Shown: piece by piece, positions 35,673-44,520 of the stretch
Layout of the letters: the number at the start of each line of letters is the position of its first letter
How positions within the stretch are numbered: position 1 is the first letter of the stretch
Origin: an uncultured Bacteroidales bacterium
Lineage (GTDB): Bacteria > Bacteroidota > Bacteroidia > Bacteroidales > FEN-979
Length of the DNA: 64,000 bases
Assembly (NCBI GenBank): GCA_903929315.1
Contig: CAIYUC010000002.1
Span: forward strand, 7,626-71,625
Direction: 5' to 3'
The notes under the pieces: model-generated
The model's database searches: none
What the model saw: the letters and a program-made list of their open reading frames with translations, nothing else
What the model was told of the DNA's origin: nothing
Translations under genes and position numbers: made by a program

Positions 35673-36714
35673 AGTATTGGATTTTAAGGGTTGTTTCATA
35701 TGTGTTTTCGGTACGCTTTCTGGTTATCGAATGTTTACCGGGATATAATAATGCCAGCCTGCGTTCAAGATTTTTCAGTCCGAGACCGCTCGAATTTTGC
35801 AATTGCTCAATATGATCCAACGAATTATATGTATTTACTACGTTTACCACAAATTGGGCATCCTGTTCCTTATAAATGGTAATGTAAAGTTTGTTTTGTG
35901 ATGGATCTTTAAAATTTGAAATGTGCTTGAATGCATTTTCGACTAGTGGTAATATGAGAAGTGGTGCAATTTTAAATGAACCAATATCCCCGGGAAGCTT
36001 CATCTGCAAATCCGTGCCGGCCTCCATCCTTAACTGCTGCACGGCAACATAATTTTCAATATAAGCAAGTTCCATGGAAATATCAATCATATCGGTATTA
36101 CAGTCATAGAGATGATAGCGAAGCATTTCCGAAAGTTTTTCTACTGAGTTTCGCGCTTCACTGTTATCTTTATAAATCTGAAAGTAAATAGTGTTAAGGA
36201 CATTAAAAAGAAAATGCGGGTTTATCTGCGCGCGCAGAAAGGCAAGCTCTGTGCTTACCTTCTCACTTTCTACTTCGTGCAGTTGTTGTTCCATACCAAA
36301 CCGGTCAATAATAATTTGAATAGCACTGCTCACAGCGATAACAGTACAATTGATGATAAAAAAAAATGAAAAAAGAAATTGTATGTAGGCAATTCTCGTA
36401 AATATTGATTTTCCGCTCAATTCATAATAAAATGCCCCGGCTAAAAAATAAGTTAGCACAGTGTTTGTAAGAGCAGCCAGCAACAATGCCCCAATAAACT
36501 TTCCAATAAGTTTGCGATATAGAAGCCTAGGTAACAGCACTTTAGATGAAAAGTAAGCAGGAAGAGCAGTAAAGCCGGTAACAACTAGTGTAGCAACAAA
36601 TTGCTGCAAAAATGCCGCATGAGGGTCATAAATAAAGTATAATAGGAAAAAGGTGAGAATAATCCACAAAAAAAGATGTATTCCGAACCTCGTAATATTA
36701 ATTTTTCTGCTCAT
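35665..36714 (-). CDS. LytS/YehU-type sensor histidine kinase
   Basis: N-terminal TM segments, His_kinase motif AQINPHFLFNVLNTIY, and an HATPase region. Confidence 0.85.
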   Translation of the reverse strand: MSRKINITRFGIHLFLWIILTFFLLYFIYDPHAAFLQQFVATLVVTGFTALPAYFSSKVLLPRLLYRKLIGKFIGALLLAALTNTVLTYFLAGAFYYELSGKSIFTRIAYIQFLFSFFFIINCTVIAVSSAIQIIIDRFGMEQQLHEVESEKVSTELAFLRAQINPHFLFNVLNTIYFQIYKDNSEARNSVEKLSEMLRYHLYDCNTDMIDISMELAYIENYVAVQQLRMEAGTDLQMKLPGDIGSFKIAPLLILPLVENAFKHISNFKDPSQNKLYITIYKEQDAQFVVNVVNTYNSLDHIEQLQNSSGLGLKNLERRLALLYPGKHSITRKRTENTYETTLKIQYYD

Positions 36715-36957
36715 TGAAACTGGAATTTAAACAACTGCAATTTACGGCAAATTCATCCTGATTGCTTTTTCACACATCAAGAATATCAGGTGTGTCATCA
36801 TTTAATTCCTTCCTGATGTGTAAAACCTCTACGTCGCCTATTTAAAAGCTATTAAATTTACATTAATAAACAACCACTTGCTGAGAAAGTGGATTTTGAA
36901 AAACTTATCGCATAGCCCGCATATCGTATCATTAACTTCTTTAAACACTAAACTGAC

Positions 36958-37662
36958 ATGAAAAAATTAAAAGGAAATTTGATTTACCCATTAATGATCA
37001 TGGGGTTTGTACTAATCTTTTCTAACAGTTGCAAGAAAGATAGCAACAATAACAATCCGGCATCTGCCGGAACAGTAACCGACCTTGACGGTAATGTTTA
37101 TCATACGGTAACTATTGGTACCCAGGTGTGGATGGTTGAAAACCTGAAAACCACGAAATACAATGATGGAACAGCCATACCCTTGGTAACAGATGGTACC
37201 GCATGGTCCACCCTTTCAACACCCGCTTATTGTTGGTATAACAATGATGATGCAACCTATAAGAATACCTATGGGGCATTGTACAATTGGTTCACTGTAA
37301 ATAACGGTAAATTATGTCCTACTGGCTGGCATGTGCCTACCGATGCTGAATGGGGCACATTAATTACCTATTTGGGTGACACCACCTTAGCTGGTGGCAA
37401 ATTAAAGGAAGCCGGCACAGTACATTGGGCTTCCCCAAATACCGGGGCTAATAACAGCACCGGATTTACGGCACTTCCGGGAGGCAGCCGTTACAACAAT
37501 GGTTTATTCTATTTAAATGGTAAGTATGGATGGTGGTGGAGTTCGACTGAGAGCTCATCATCGGATGCCTGGCACCAGTATATGCAGTATAATACTAGCC
37601 TTATATATAGAACCGCTGGTTCTAAGATTATAGGATTTTCAGTCCGCTGTATTAAAGGATAA
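36958..37662 (+). CDS. FISUMP (Fibrobacter succinogenes major paralogous) domain lipoprotein
   Basis: Lipobox SNSC, then DLDGNVYHTVTIGTQVWMVENL, WHVPTDAEW, GFTALPGG. Confidence 0.85.
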   Translation: MKKLKGNLIYPLMIMGFVLIFSNSCKKDSNNNNPASAGTVTDLDGNVYHTVTIGTQVWMVENLKTTKYNDGTAIPLVTDGTAWSTLSTPAYCWYNNDDATYKNTYGALYNWFTVNNGKLCPTGWHVPTDAEWGTLITYLGDTTLAGGKLKEAGTVHWASPNTGANNSTGFTALPGGSRYNNGLFYLNGKYGWWWSSTESSSSDAWHQYMQYNTSLIYRTAGSKIIGFSVRCIKG

Positions 37663-37876
37663 TTCCCCCAATGAGCGCAAAGCGGCGAATGGCGTACATC
37701 CTTTAAAGTAGACATACCGTTTTAATTGACCACTTTTATTGGACGTTGCACTTTTGCATTTTACACCTTAGACTTTACACTCCGTACCCTAAAAAAGGCC
37801 CTTCTAGCAAGAACTATTATTTGTACAATATTGAATTACATTTGCATTATTGTACAATTTTTTGTATCTTTGCCTT

Positions 37877-39043
37877 ATGATACCAAGAGCCATCTCTGAA
37901 AAAATAACCCAATTAAGTAAAAAATTTCCGGTCATTACGATTACAGGACCCCGTCAATCCGGGAAAACCACGCTGATCCGAAACTTGTTTCCGGATAAAA
38001 AATACGTTTCGATGGAAATACCCGAGACAAGGTTACTGGCTCTTTCCGATCCAAATCAATTTCTGGCCAATTTCCCGGATGGAGCTGTCATTGATGAAGC
38101 ACAACATGTCCCTGATCTTTTTTCCTATATACAAGGGATTGTTGATAACAGGAACGTCCCCGGCCAGTTTATTCTCTCCGGATCGCAAAGCTTTCTGCTT
38201 CATCACAGGATAACCCAGTCTCTGGCAGGCAGGACAGCCCTCTTCCGGTTATTCCCATTTTCAATGGCAGAACTTCAAACGGCGGATATTTCATTTAAAA
38301 CTTATGAAGAATACTTGTTTACCGGTTTCTTTCCAGGAATTTATGACCAGCATATCGATCCCGGAGATTTTTATCCGAACTATATGCAGACTTGTGTGGA
38401 AAGAGATATACGTTCTTTGCAAAACATACAGGATCTGAATGCATTTATCCGGTTTGTAGGATTATGCGCAGGCAGGGTAGGGCAAATCCTTGACCTGACC
38501 TCCCTCGGGAACGATTGCGGGATCAGCGTAAACACGGCAAAAGCATGGATATCTCTGCTGGAAGCCAGTTATTTCATTTTTCTTCTGCATCCGCATTCCC
38601 GGAATTTCTCCAAACGACTTATCAAACGGCCTAAACTCTATTTCCTCGATCCCGGGCTTTGTTGTTCACTTTTACATATTGAAGGCCGGGAACAGCTCTC
38701 CAACCATTATCTGAAAGGAGCATTATTCGAAAATCTTATGCTTCTTGAGTTGCTCAAACGTCTTAATAATCAGGCAAAACAACCTAATCTCTATTTTTGG
38801 AGAGACCATCACGGAACAGAAATTGATCTGATCATTGAAACTGCCGGAGACCTTGTCCCTGTTGAAATCAAATCGGCTCAAACATGGAATCCTGACTTTT
38901 TTACCAACCTTCACCGGTGGAATAATTACGGTAACTATCCGAAGGATCATTCCTTTGTTATTTACGGAGGTGACGAAACCATTACTACTTCCTCCGGCAG
39001 AATTATCAGTTGGAGAGATTTAAATCAGCTTAAGTTATCCTGA
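37877..39043 (+). CDS. AAA ATPase with DUF4143 C-terminal domain
   Basis: Walker A GPRQSGKT, Walker B VIDEAQ, DUF4143-type tail. Paralog of 24436-25560. Confidence 0.85.
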   Translation: MIPRAISEKITQLSKKFPVITITGPRQSGKTTLIRNLFPDKKYVSMEIPETRLLALSDPNQFLANFPDGAVIDEAQHVPDLFSYIQGIVDNRNVPGQFILSGSQSFLLHHRITQSLAGRTALFRLFPFSMAELQTADISFKTYEEYLFTGFFPGIYDQHIDPGDFYPNYMQTCVERDIRSLQNIQDLNAFIRFVGLCAGRVGQILDLTSLGNDCGISVNTAKAWISLLEASYFIFLLHPHSRNFSKRLIKRPKLYFLDPGLCCSLLHIEGREQLSNHYLKGALFENLMLLELLKRLNNQAKQPNLYFWRDHHGTEIDLIIETAGDLVPVEIKSAQTWNPDFFTNLHRWNNYGNYPKDHSFVIYGGDETITTSSGRIISWRDLNQLKLS

Positions 39044-39260
39044 GTCGGCAGTCTGCAGTCAGCAGTTGGCAGACCCAATCCTCACTCTCACACTCCGCGT
39101 TTCGCGTTACGCGTCTCGCGTCACGTTCTTCCATCCGCGTCCCGCGTCATGTATCTGGCATCCGGCATCTGTTTCCGTAATTCGTAATCCCTGCCTGCAG
39201 CAGGCAGGTGTAATTCGTAATCGATTTTATCCGCCCGTCCGCTTGTCCGCCTCGCGTCAC
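39044..39260. repeat. Mosaic stutter block
   Basis: Modules read directly, in order: cagtcgg/cagtcag, caatcctcactctcacac, cgcgttt/cgcgtta/cgcgtct/cgcgtca, ccggcatc, cgtaatt-cgtaatc flanking palindrome ccctgcctgcagcaggcagg, and ccgcccgt/ccgcttgt/ccgcctcg. The cgcg module plus cacgttcttcc recurs at 60757-60815. It starts 1 nt after the ATPase stop. Confidence 0.85.
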
Positions 39261-39299
39261 TTATTAGTCTTTTCATTACCTTTGTAAAAAGTTATCACG

Positions 39300-39584
39300 G
39301 TGATTTGTAACAGGATTTTTTTTAGTGATCATATTATTTCTCAGATGTTCAGGAGAAATATATCTCTGGATGAAGTAAAATTTATTTTAGACAAAGGCGA
39401 AGTAATCAAAGAATACCAAGATGATAAACCATATCCAAGTTTTCTTCTTTTTGGACTTATTGATCTTCGTCCATTGCATCTTCTTGTGGCAAAAGATATT
39501 GAAACGGGAAATTGCATAATGGTCACTGTTTATGAACCCGATAAAAATGTTTGGTCAACTGATTTTAAAACGAAAATCCAATAA
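39300..39584 (+). CDS. DUF4258-family protein (putative toxin)
   Basis: 94 aa from a GTG start 16 nt after a TACCTTTG box. DUF4258-like pattern (FSDHIISQMFRRNISLDEV ... LHLLVA ... VTVY). Paired with a YgiT-type zinc-finger gene. Confidence 0.65.
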   Translation: MICNRIFFSDHIISQMFRRNISLDEVKFILDKGEVIKEYQDDKPYPSFLLFGLIDLRPLHLLVAKDIETGNCIMVTVYEPDKNVWSTDFKTKIQ

Positions 39585-39585
39585 T

Positions 39586-39813
39586 ATGAAATGTGTTATT
39601 TGTAAAACAGGAACAATGCACGAAGGGAAAGTGACAGTTACCCTCGAAAAGAATGGTTCAATCATCCTTATTAAGGAAGTTCCGGCACAAATTTGTGATG
39701 TTTGTGAGCATTATTATTTGGATGAGGCAATAACGGGAGAAGTCTTGAAAAGAGGAAAAGAAGGCCTTTTAAAAGGTGCTGAACTTGAAGTGCTGAAGTT
39801 AAAAGTGGCATGA
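39586..39813 (+). CDS. YgiT/MqsA-type zinc-finger antitoxin-like protein
   Basis: MKCVICKTGTMHEG...AQICDVCEHYYLDE has two CxxC pairs typical of the YgiT-type zinc finger. Starts 2 nt after the DUF4258 stop. Confidence 0.7.
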   Translation: MKCVICKTGTMHEGKVTVTLEKNGSIILIKEVPAQICDVCEHYYLDEAITGEVLKRGKEGLLKGAELEVLKLKVA

Positions 39814-39817
39814 ATTT

Positions 39818-40090
39818 GCAGTCGGCAGTCAGCAGTCGGCAGTCAGCAATCCCAATCCCCACGCTCACACGTCGAGTATCCCTGCCTGCCTGCTGACGCA
39901 GTCAGTCAGGCAGGGAGAATCCAGCATCGAGCATCTGTTTTTACCAGTCACCGATCACCAGTTTAATAATGACGAATCCGGGAATGACGCCTGCCTGCCG
40001 CAGGTTTACCTGCCGAAGGCAGGCAGGGATGACGAATACAATGCTATGAATGTCTTGAATTCGTCACTCGTCATTTTGTCATTCGTGAAT
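39818..40090. repeat. Mosaic stutter block including the composite element M1-M2-M3-M4 and a 70-bp segment inverted at 60644-60713
   Basis: gcagtcggcagtcagcagtcggcagtcagc / aatcccaatccccacgctcacac / gtcgagtatc / ccctgcctgcctgctgacgcagtcagtcaggcaggg, then gaatgac words around the nested palindrome cctgcctgccgcaggtttacctgccgaaggcaggcagg. Confidence 0.9.
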
Positions 40091-40245
40091 TAAAAGAACG
40101 GGCATAAAAAAAGATCTTTCAAAACCATATCACCTTTTACTTTTTGGCGGATTAATGGTAAACCCTGATTTTTGAAGAAGCGGGAAAGCCACCAATAAAA
40201 AAAGTTCACAAAACGTGAACTGAGAAAAAATTAATTTATCTTTGC

Positions 40246-40578
40246 ATGAGAGTTCATCTGATAGAAAAGCAGACCATTCAGGATTATATTGGGGGTCATG
40301 CATCTGGTATAAGTTCTTTTGAGAACTGGTTAACTGCAATAAAATATGCAGATTGGCATACACCGGCAGATATTCAAAAAACCTTTGGGTCAGCCGGTTT
40401 GTTAGGAAACGGGAGCAACAGGGTTGTATTCAATATTGCAGGAAACAAATACCGCGTGATATGTAAATATCATTTTGGTTCTGAAAAGGTTCACTTGTTT
40501 GTCTGCTGGATTGGTTCGCATATGAAATATGATCAACTCTGTAAACAAGGTGATCAATATACTATCAGTGCATATTAA
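40246..40578 (+). CDS. higB: HigB-family toxin (mRNA interferase)
   Basis: MRVHLIEKQTIQDY...WLTAIKYADWHTPADIQKTFGSA...NRVVFNIAGNKYRVICKYHF is the HigB (PF09907-type) pattern. A TATCTTTG box ends 2 nt before the ATG. Confidence 0.8.
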   Translation: MRVHLIEKQTIQDYIGGHASGISSFENWLTAIKYADWHTPADIQKTFGSAGLLGNGSNRVVFNIAGNKYRVICKYHFGSEKVHLFVCWIGSHMKYDQLCKQGDQYTISAY

Positions 40579-40588
40579 TTCATTTGAA

Positions 40589-41035
40589 ATGAAGACATTA
40601 AAATACACCATTATAAAATCCAGAAAGCAATACAACGAGTATTGCAAAACGCTGGAGGAATTGCCGGGAAGCAATGATAACAATAAAGATGGCAGGGATG
40701 AGGTTGAAATGCTAACGTTATTGATTGAGAAATGGGATGCAGAACATTCCAGGTTCAAAGATGCTGATCCCATTGAGTTGCTTCATTCTTTAATGCATGA
40801 TCGGGATATGAAAGCAAAAGACCTAGCCGGAATATTAGGGGTGAGCAAAGGTCTGGTTTCTGATATTTTACATTATAAGAAAGGGTTGTCAAAGGAAATA
40901 ATCAGGGTGCTGGCGCATGAATTTAAGGTATCACAGGAAGCCTTTAACCGGCCGTATAATTTAAATATTTCCGGGAATACTAAGGTTCGGGGAACCAATG
41001 GTGTTAAAACACGCAAAATGCTTGAAATGGTTTAA
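40589..41035 (+). CDS. higA: HigA-family HTH antitoxin
   Basis: The N-terminal helical part plus HTH (MKAKDLAGILGVSKGLVSDILHYKKGLSKE) is typical of HigA partners of this HigB type. Confidence 0.8.
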   Translation: MKTLKYTIIKSRKQYNEYCKTLEELPGSNDNNKDGRDEVEMLTLLIEKWDAEHSRFKDADPIELLHSLMHDRDMKAKDLAGILGVSKGLVSDILHYKKGLSKEIIRVLAHEFKVSQEAFNRPYNLNISGNTKVRGTNGVKTRKMLEMV

Positions 41036-41038
41036 TGA

Positions 41039-41226
41039 AGTCGGCAGTAAGCAGTCCGCAGTCCACAGTCGGCAGCCCCCAATCCCCACGCTCACACATC
41101 GAGGATCCAGTATCCCTGCCTGCCTGCTGACGCAGTCAGTCAGGCATGGATTCCGATTCCGGGTACCATTCAAATAGCGAAATAGTAAAATAGCGAAATA
41201 GTGAAATACTGTTTCGCTTTTTTTGT
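41039..41226. repeat. Mosaic stutter block M1-M2-M3-M4 + tRNA-Leu 3' fragment (41149-41166) + aatagcgaaatag array/terminator
   Basis: gattccgatTccgggtac matches the 3' end of tRNA 5530-5613 with 1 mismatch. It is followed by cattcaaatagcg, as at 5614 and 22111 (gttcaaRtgcg). Confidence 0.8.
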
Positions 41227-41261
41227 TTCGATTCTCGAGTTGATGAGATGTAGTTAAAACG

Positions 41262-41651
41262 TCATCTTTTGATGAATTTTTCAAATTCCAGCATCTTGTC
41301 ATTTGTTATACGCACAAAATATACTCCGCCGGGCAGGCGTGATATGTCAATTTGTGTTTTTGGCCCGGTGACTATAAGTGTTATAAGCTGCTGACCGTTT
41401 AGGTTCATTATGGATAATTGTGTCTGCGTGAGGGATGCGGATGTTTCGATAGTTATTTCACCGGTTGCGGGGTTAGGATAAACAGTTATCTGTGAAGATT
41501 GAAGTTCAATTATTCCGGCGGGAGCATCGTAATACATAACAGTAGCTTTGTAACCATTAAAATAATCTTCATAAGCTACAAAAGGTTGACCAGCCTGGTT
41601 GAAGGCAAGGCTGGCGTACCCTGTGATATCCTTAATCGTTTTTGTATTCAT
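41262..41651 (-). pseudogene. C-terminal remnant of a T9SS-sorted protein fused to a ~55-bp integrase gene fragment
   Basis: The C-terminus VYPNPATGEITIE...GGVYFVRI is a T9SS domain. The first 11 codons (MNTKTIKDITG; DNA 41617-41670) match the interior of the integrase pseudogene (43500-43555, LGMNTKTIKDITGH). Confidence 0.7.
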
Positions 41652-41707
41652 ACCAAGTATGATACTGTAGGGTTACTTTCTTTTGATTACTCATCTCAAT
41701 CACATTC

Positions 41708-41907
41708 TTAGTGGAAGAAAATCGCTTCAAATTGTCTTTTAGTGGAAAAAATTTACTTTTTTGACAGATACGTGGATTTTTAGTGGAAAAAAATCTCACT
41801 TAGATCGCAAAGAAGTTACTTAGTGGAAAAAATTATTAGAAATCATGGTTTTGATGGAAAATAATATCTACATTTGTGGAAAACATACAAGATAATGGAA
41901 AATATTT
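41708..41907 (+). promoter_or_regulatory. Seven iteron-like repeats T(T)AGTGGAAAAAAT upstream of and overlapping the Fic gene start
   Basis: Copies begin at 41708, 41739, 41780, 41820 (all ttagtggaa), 41851 (ttgatggaaaa), 41874 (ttgtggaaaa) and 41891 (ataatggaaaa). Spacings are 31, 41, 40, 31, 23 and 17 nt. Confidence 0.6.
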
Positions 41908-43379
41908 TGCCAATTCACCTTCAGGAAGTAATTTTTTCCTCCAGCGACCCAAAGCAGGGAAGACTCATTTCAAGGATGTTGGGGAAGAAACTTATCAGAA
42001 AAATTGCGCCACGTATATATTCCGGTAATCTTAATGATTCACCGGAAGTAATAATACGGCGAAATATTTTCAATATCCTTGGAAAATTATATCCCAATGC
42101 CATGTTGAGTCACCGCTCAGCAATTGAATTCAAGCCAACTGCTACCGGTTATATTTTTCTAACTTTCACGTATACTAAGAAAATTCAATTGCCAGGCGTT
42201 ACAATTCGGTTCCTGGAAGGGCCAGGACCTATTGATGGAGATGTTCCATTTGTAGGCGGGCTGTATCATTCTCAAGTGGAAAGGGCATTACTTGAAAACC
42301 TGCAGCCTTCCAGACGGCCTGGGCCGGATTCGAAGACATTGACCTCGCCGGAAATAGAAAACAAACTTGAACAAATTCTGAGTAATAAAGGGGAGAAAGG
42401 GTTAAATGAAGTCCGTGACAGGGCGAGGTCTATTTCTGAACAGTTGGGTTTACAAAGTGAATTTGAACGACTAAATAAACTTATCGGTGCATTACTGAAT
42501 CCCCGTCCATTAAAAACTTTATCTTCACCCCTGGCAATTGCAAGGGCATTAGGTGCCCCATATGATTCCGCCCGTCTGGAATTATTTGAAATACTATTTG
42601 TTCAGTTAAAACAAGAAGATTTCCCTTTCCGAGAGGAACGGAATAGGGAAAATCAGGCCTTCAAAAATTTTGCATTCTTTGAAGCTTATTTTTCAAATTA
42701 CATAGAGGGAACCAAGTTTGAGATTGATGAGGCAAAGAAAATTATTGAAACGGATACTCCACTTCCCACACGTGATGAAGATTCTCACGATATACTTGGT
42801 ACCTATAAAATTGTCAGCAATCGAGAGGAAATGAAAACAACCCCTGGAAGTCCGGACGAGTTGATGAGTATTTTACAATATCGTCATGAGATCTTGCTGG
42901 CTTCAAGAACTTCAAAAAATCCGGGCCAGTTTAAGGACAGAAACAACAAGGCGGGAGACACTCTATTTGTTGACCACACGCTAGTTAAAGGTACATTGAT
43001 AAAAGGTTTTGATTTTTACCAGGCATTAACTGAGCCATTCGCCAGAGCTACCTTTATGATGTTTATAATCAGCGAAGTACATCCATTTTTAGATGGGAAT
43101 GGACGAATTTCAAGGATTATGATGAACTCTGAATTAGTGAAAGCCGTCCAGACAAGGATAATAATACCAACAGTTTTTCGTGACGATTACATTTTGACAT
43201 TGAGAAAACTAACGAGGAATAAAGATCCTAAACCCTATATAAGGATGCTTGACAAAGCACAAAAACTTTCAGAGACAGTCGTTGGTGACATGGATTTCAT
43301 GCAGAATCATTTAGAAAAGTGTAATGCATTTAAGGAACCGACAGAAGCGAAACTCATCTTTCCCGATAAGATTACCTAA
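41895..43379 (+). CDS. Fic-family protein (AMPylase-type motif) with AbiEi-like N-terminal region
   Basis: Fic motif HPFLDGNGRISRIMMN. The N-terminal ~150 aa (RLISRMLGKKLIRKIAPRIYSG ... HRSAIEF ... IRFLEG ... HSQVERALLENL) resemble the AbiEi/COG5340 wHTH-antitoxin layout. Confidence 0.75.
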   Translation: MENILPIHLQEVIFSSSDPKQGRLISRMLGKKLIRKIAPRIYSGNLNDSPEVIIRRNIFNILGKLYPNAMLSHRSAIEFKPTATGYIFLTFTYTKKIQLPGVTIRFLEGPGPIDGDVPFVGGLYHSQVERALLENLQPSRRPGPDSKTLTSPEIENKLEQILSNKGEKGLNEVRDRARSISEQLGLQSEFERLNKLIGALLNPRPLKTLSSPLAIARALGAPYDSARLELFEILFVQLKQEDFPFREERNRENQAFKNFAFFEAYFSNYIEGTKFEIDEAKKIIETDTPLPTRDEDSHDILGTYKIVSNREEMKTTPGSPDELMSILQYRHEILLASRTSKNPGQFKDRNNKAGDTLFVDHTLVKGTLIKGFDFYQALTEPFARATFMMFIISEVHPFLDGNGRISRIMMNSELVKAVQTRIIIPTVFRDDYILTLRKLTRNKDPKPYIRMLDKAQKLSETVVGDMDFMQNHLEKCNAFKEPTEAKLIFPDKIT

Positions 43380-43394
43380 ATGCCAAAGTCAGGA

Positions 43395-44374
43395 CTATTT
43401 CTTCTTTACCGGAATATTATCCCGGGTCCTTTCCATTTCCAGTTTTTTAAAGTCTTCAGATATTTTGACGTACTTGTTAAAGACACTGTCTTTTTTATGA
43501 CCTGTGATATCCTTGATCGTTTTTGTATTCATACCAAGCATGATACTGTTTGTGATGAATGTTTTCCGGGCAGTATGGTTGGTGATCAGTTTACATTTTG
43601 GTTCTGTATGCTCCTTTGCTTTGCCGTCTGAATAATCCACATAGGTGACCAACGAGGTAATTCCTGCATCAAAACAACAATCTTTAATGTGGTCATTTAT
43701 TTTTTGTGCAGAAAGTTTTGGCAATGGATAATTTTCAAGATTTTCATACCTGGCAAGGATCGCACGTGCAAATTAATTCAATGGGATAACCTCGGTTTTA
43801 TGAGTTTTAACAATTGTCTTGAAAATCTGGCCGTCCTTGATATTTTCTCTTTTCAGGTTATGGAGATCTGAAACGCGCAAGCCGGTAAAACACATAAAAC
43901 AAAAAAGGTCTCTCGCCCTGTTCTTCTTGAAAGTATCGAATTAAAATTCAACAGTAACATCAGCTCCTCTAATGTCAGGTAAATGACATCTTTCTCGCGC
44001 TCTACTGCTTTGAAATCTTTGTAAGTAAGATCTTTGGTATAGCCCCTTTTCTGACACCAGGTAAGGGACGCCTTCAGGTTACTGATGATCTTGGCAAAGT
44101 AATTATCCTTGGCTTTTCTCTTGATAAAAGCATAGGTCCTTAGATTGTCAAAAAATTTAAAATTTATGGAATGGAGATTAACCTTATATTTTGTGTCTTT
44201 CTCAAAATCCATAAGAAAATTTTTGAAAGTCCCATAGCAAACGATGGTTCTGTTGGCTCTTATAGCTTTACTACTCTCTATGTATTCATCAAGAATCTCA
44301 AAAAACGACTTGTTTGTCCTTTTTGGTTTCCCTGAGATGCCGAAAATCTCATTCTTCAAATATGATTCCTGCAT
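43395..44374 (-). pseudogene. Tyrosine integrase pseudogene (paralog of 21023-21994, multiple frameshifts)
   Basis: Two ORF pieces (43853-44374 N-terminal, 43395-43724 C-terminal) align almost residue-for-residue with the intact integrase. The frame is lost after ...LLLNF and in the 43725-43852 segment. Confidence 0.88.
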
Positions 44375-44520
44375 TTTTTATCTGGCAATTCCATCTGAGA
44401 TTAAAAATACAGTATATAAGATGACTGATTTTATAATGATAAGGGAAGCACAATACCCGAATTTTTATAAAATGAGACACTTTCTTCTTTTGTAAAATCG
44501 TTTACGGGGTCCTTTTTCGC

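Noticed and set aside
39044-40090. Possible CRISPR array, given the dense short repeats
   Set aside because: There is no alternation of a fixed 24-48-nt repeat with unique spacers. The units are 7-8 nt, contiguous and degenerate, and no cas genes are in the window.
40402-40773. 123-aa minus-strand ORF over higB/higA, and likewise 47584-48033 over the MBL gene and 52283-52672 over the 52338 gene
   Set aside because: These lie antisense to genes with clear family signatures and give low-complexity translations with no recognisable motifs.
44375-44520. An att/tRNA fragment expected next to the 5' end of the integrase pseudogene
   Set aside because: Only a weak resemblance was found (cacaatacccgaatt versus ccattaccccggctc), which is not distinguishable from chance.
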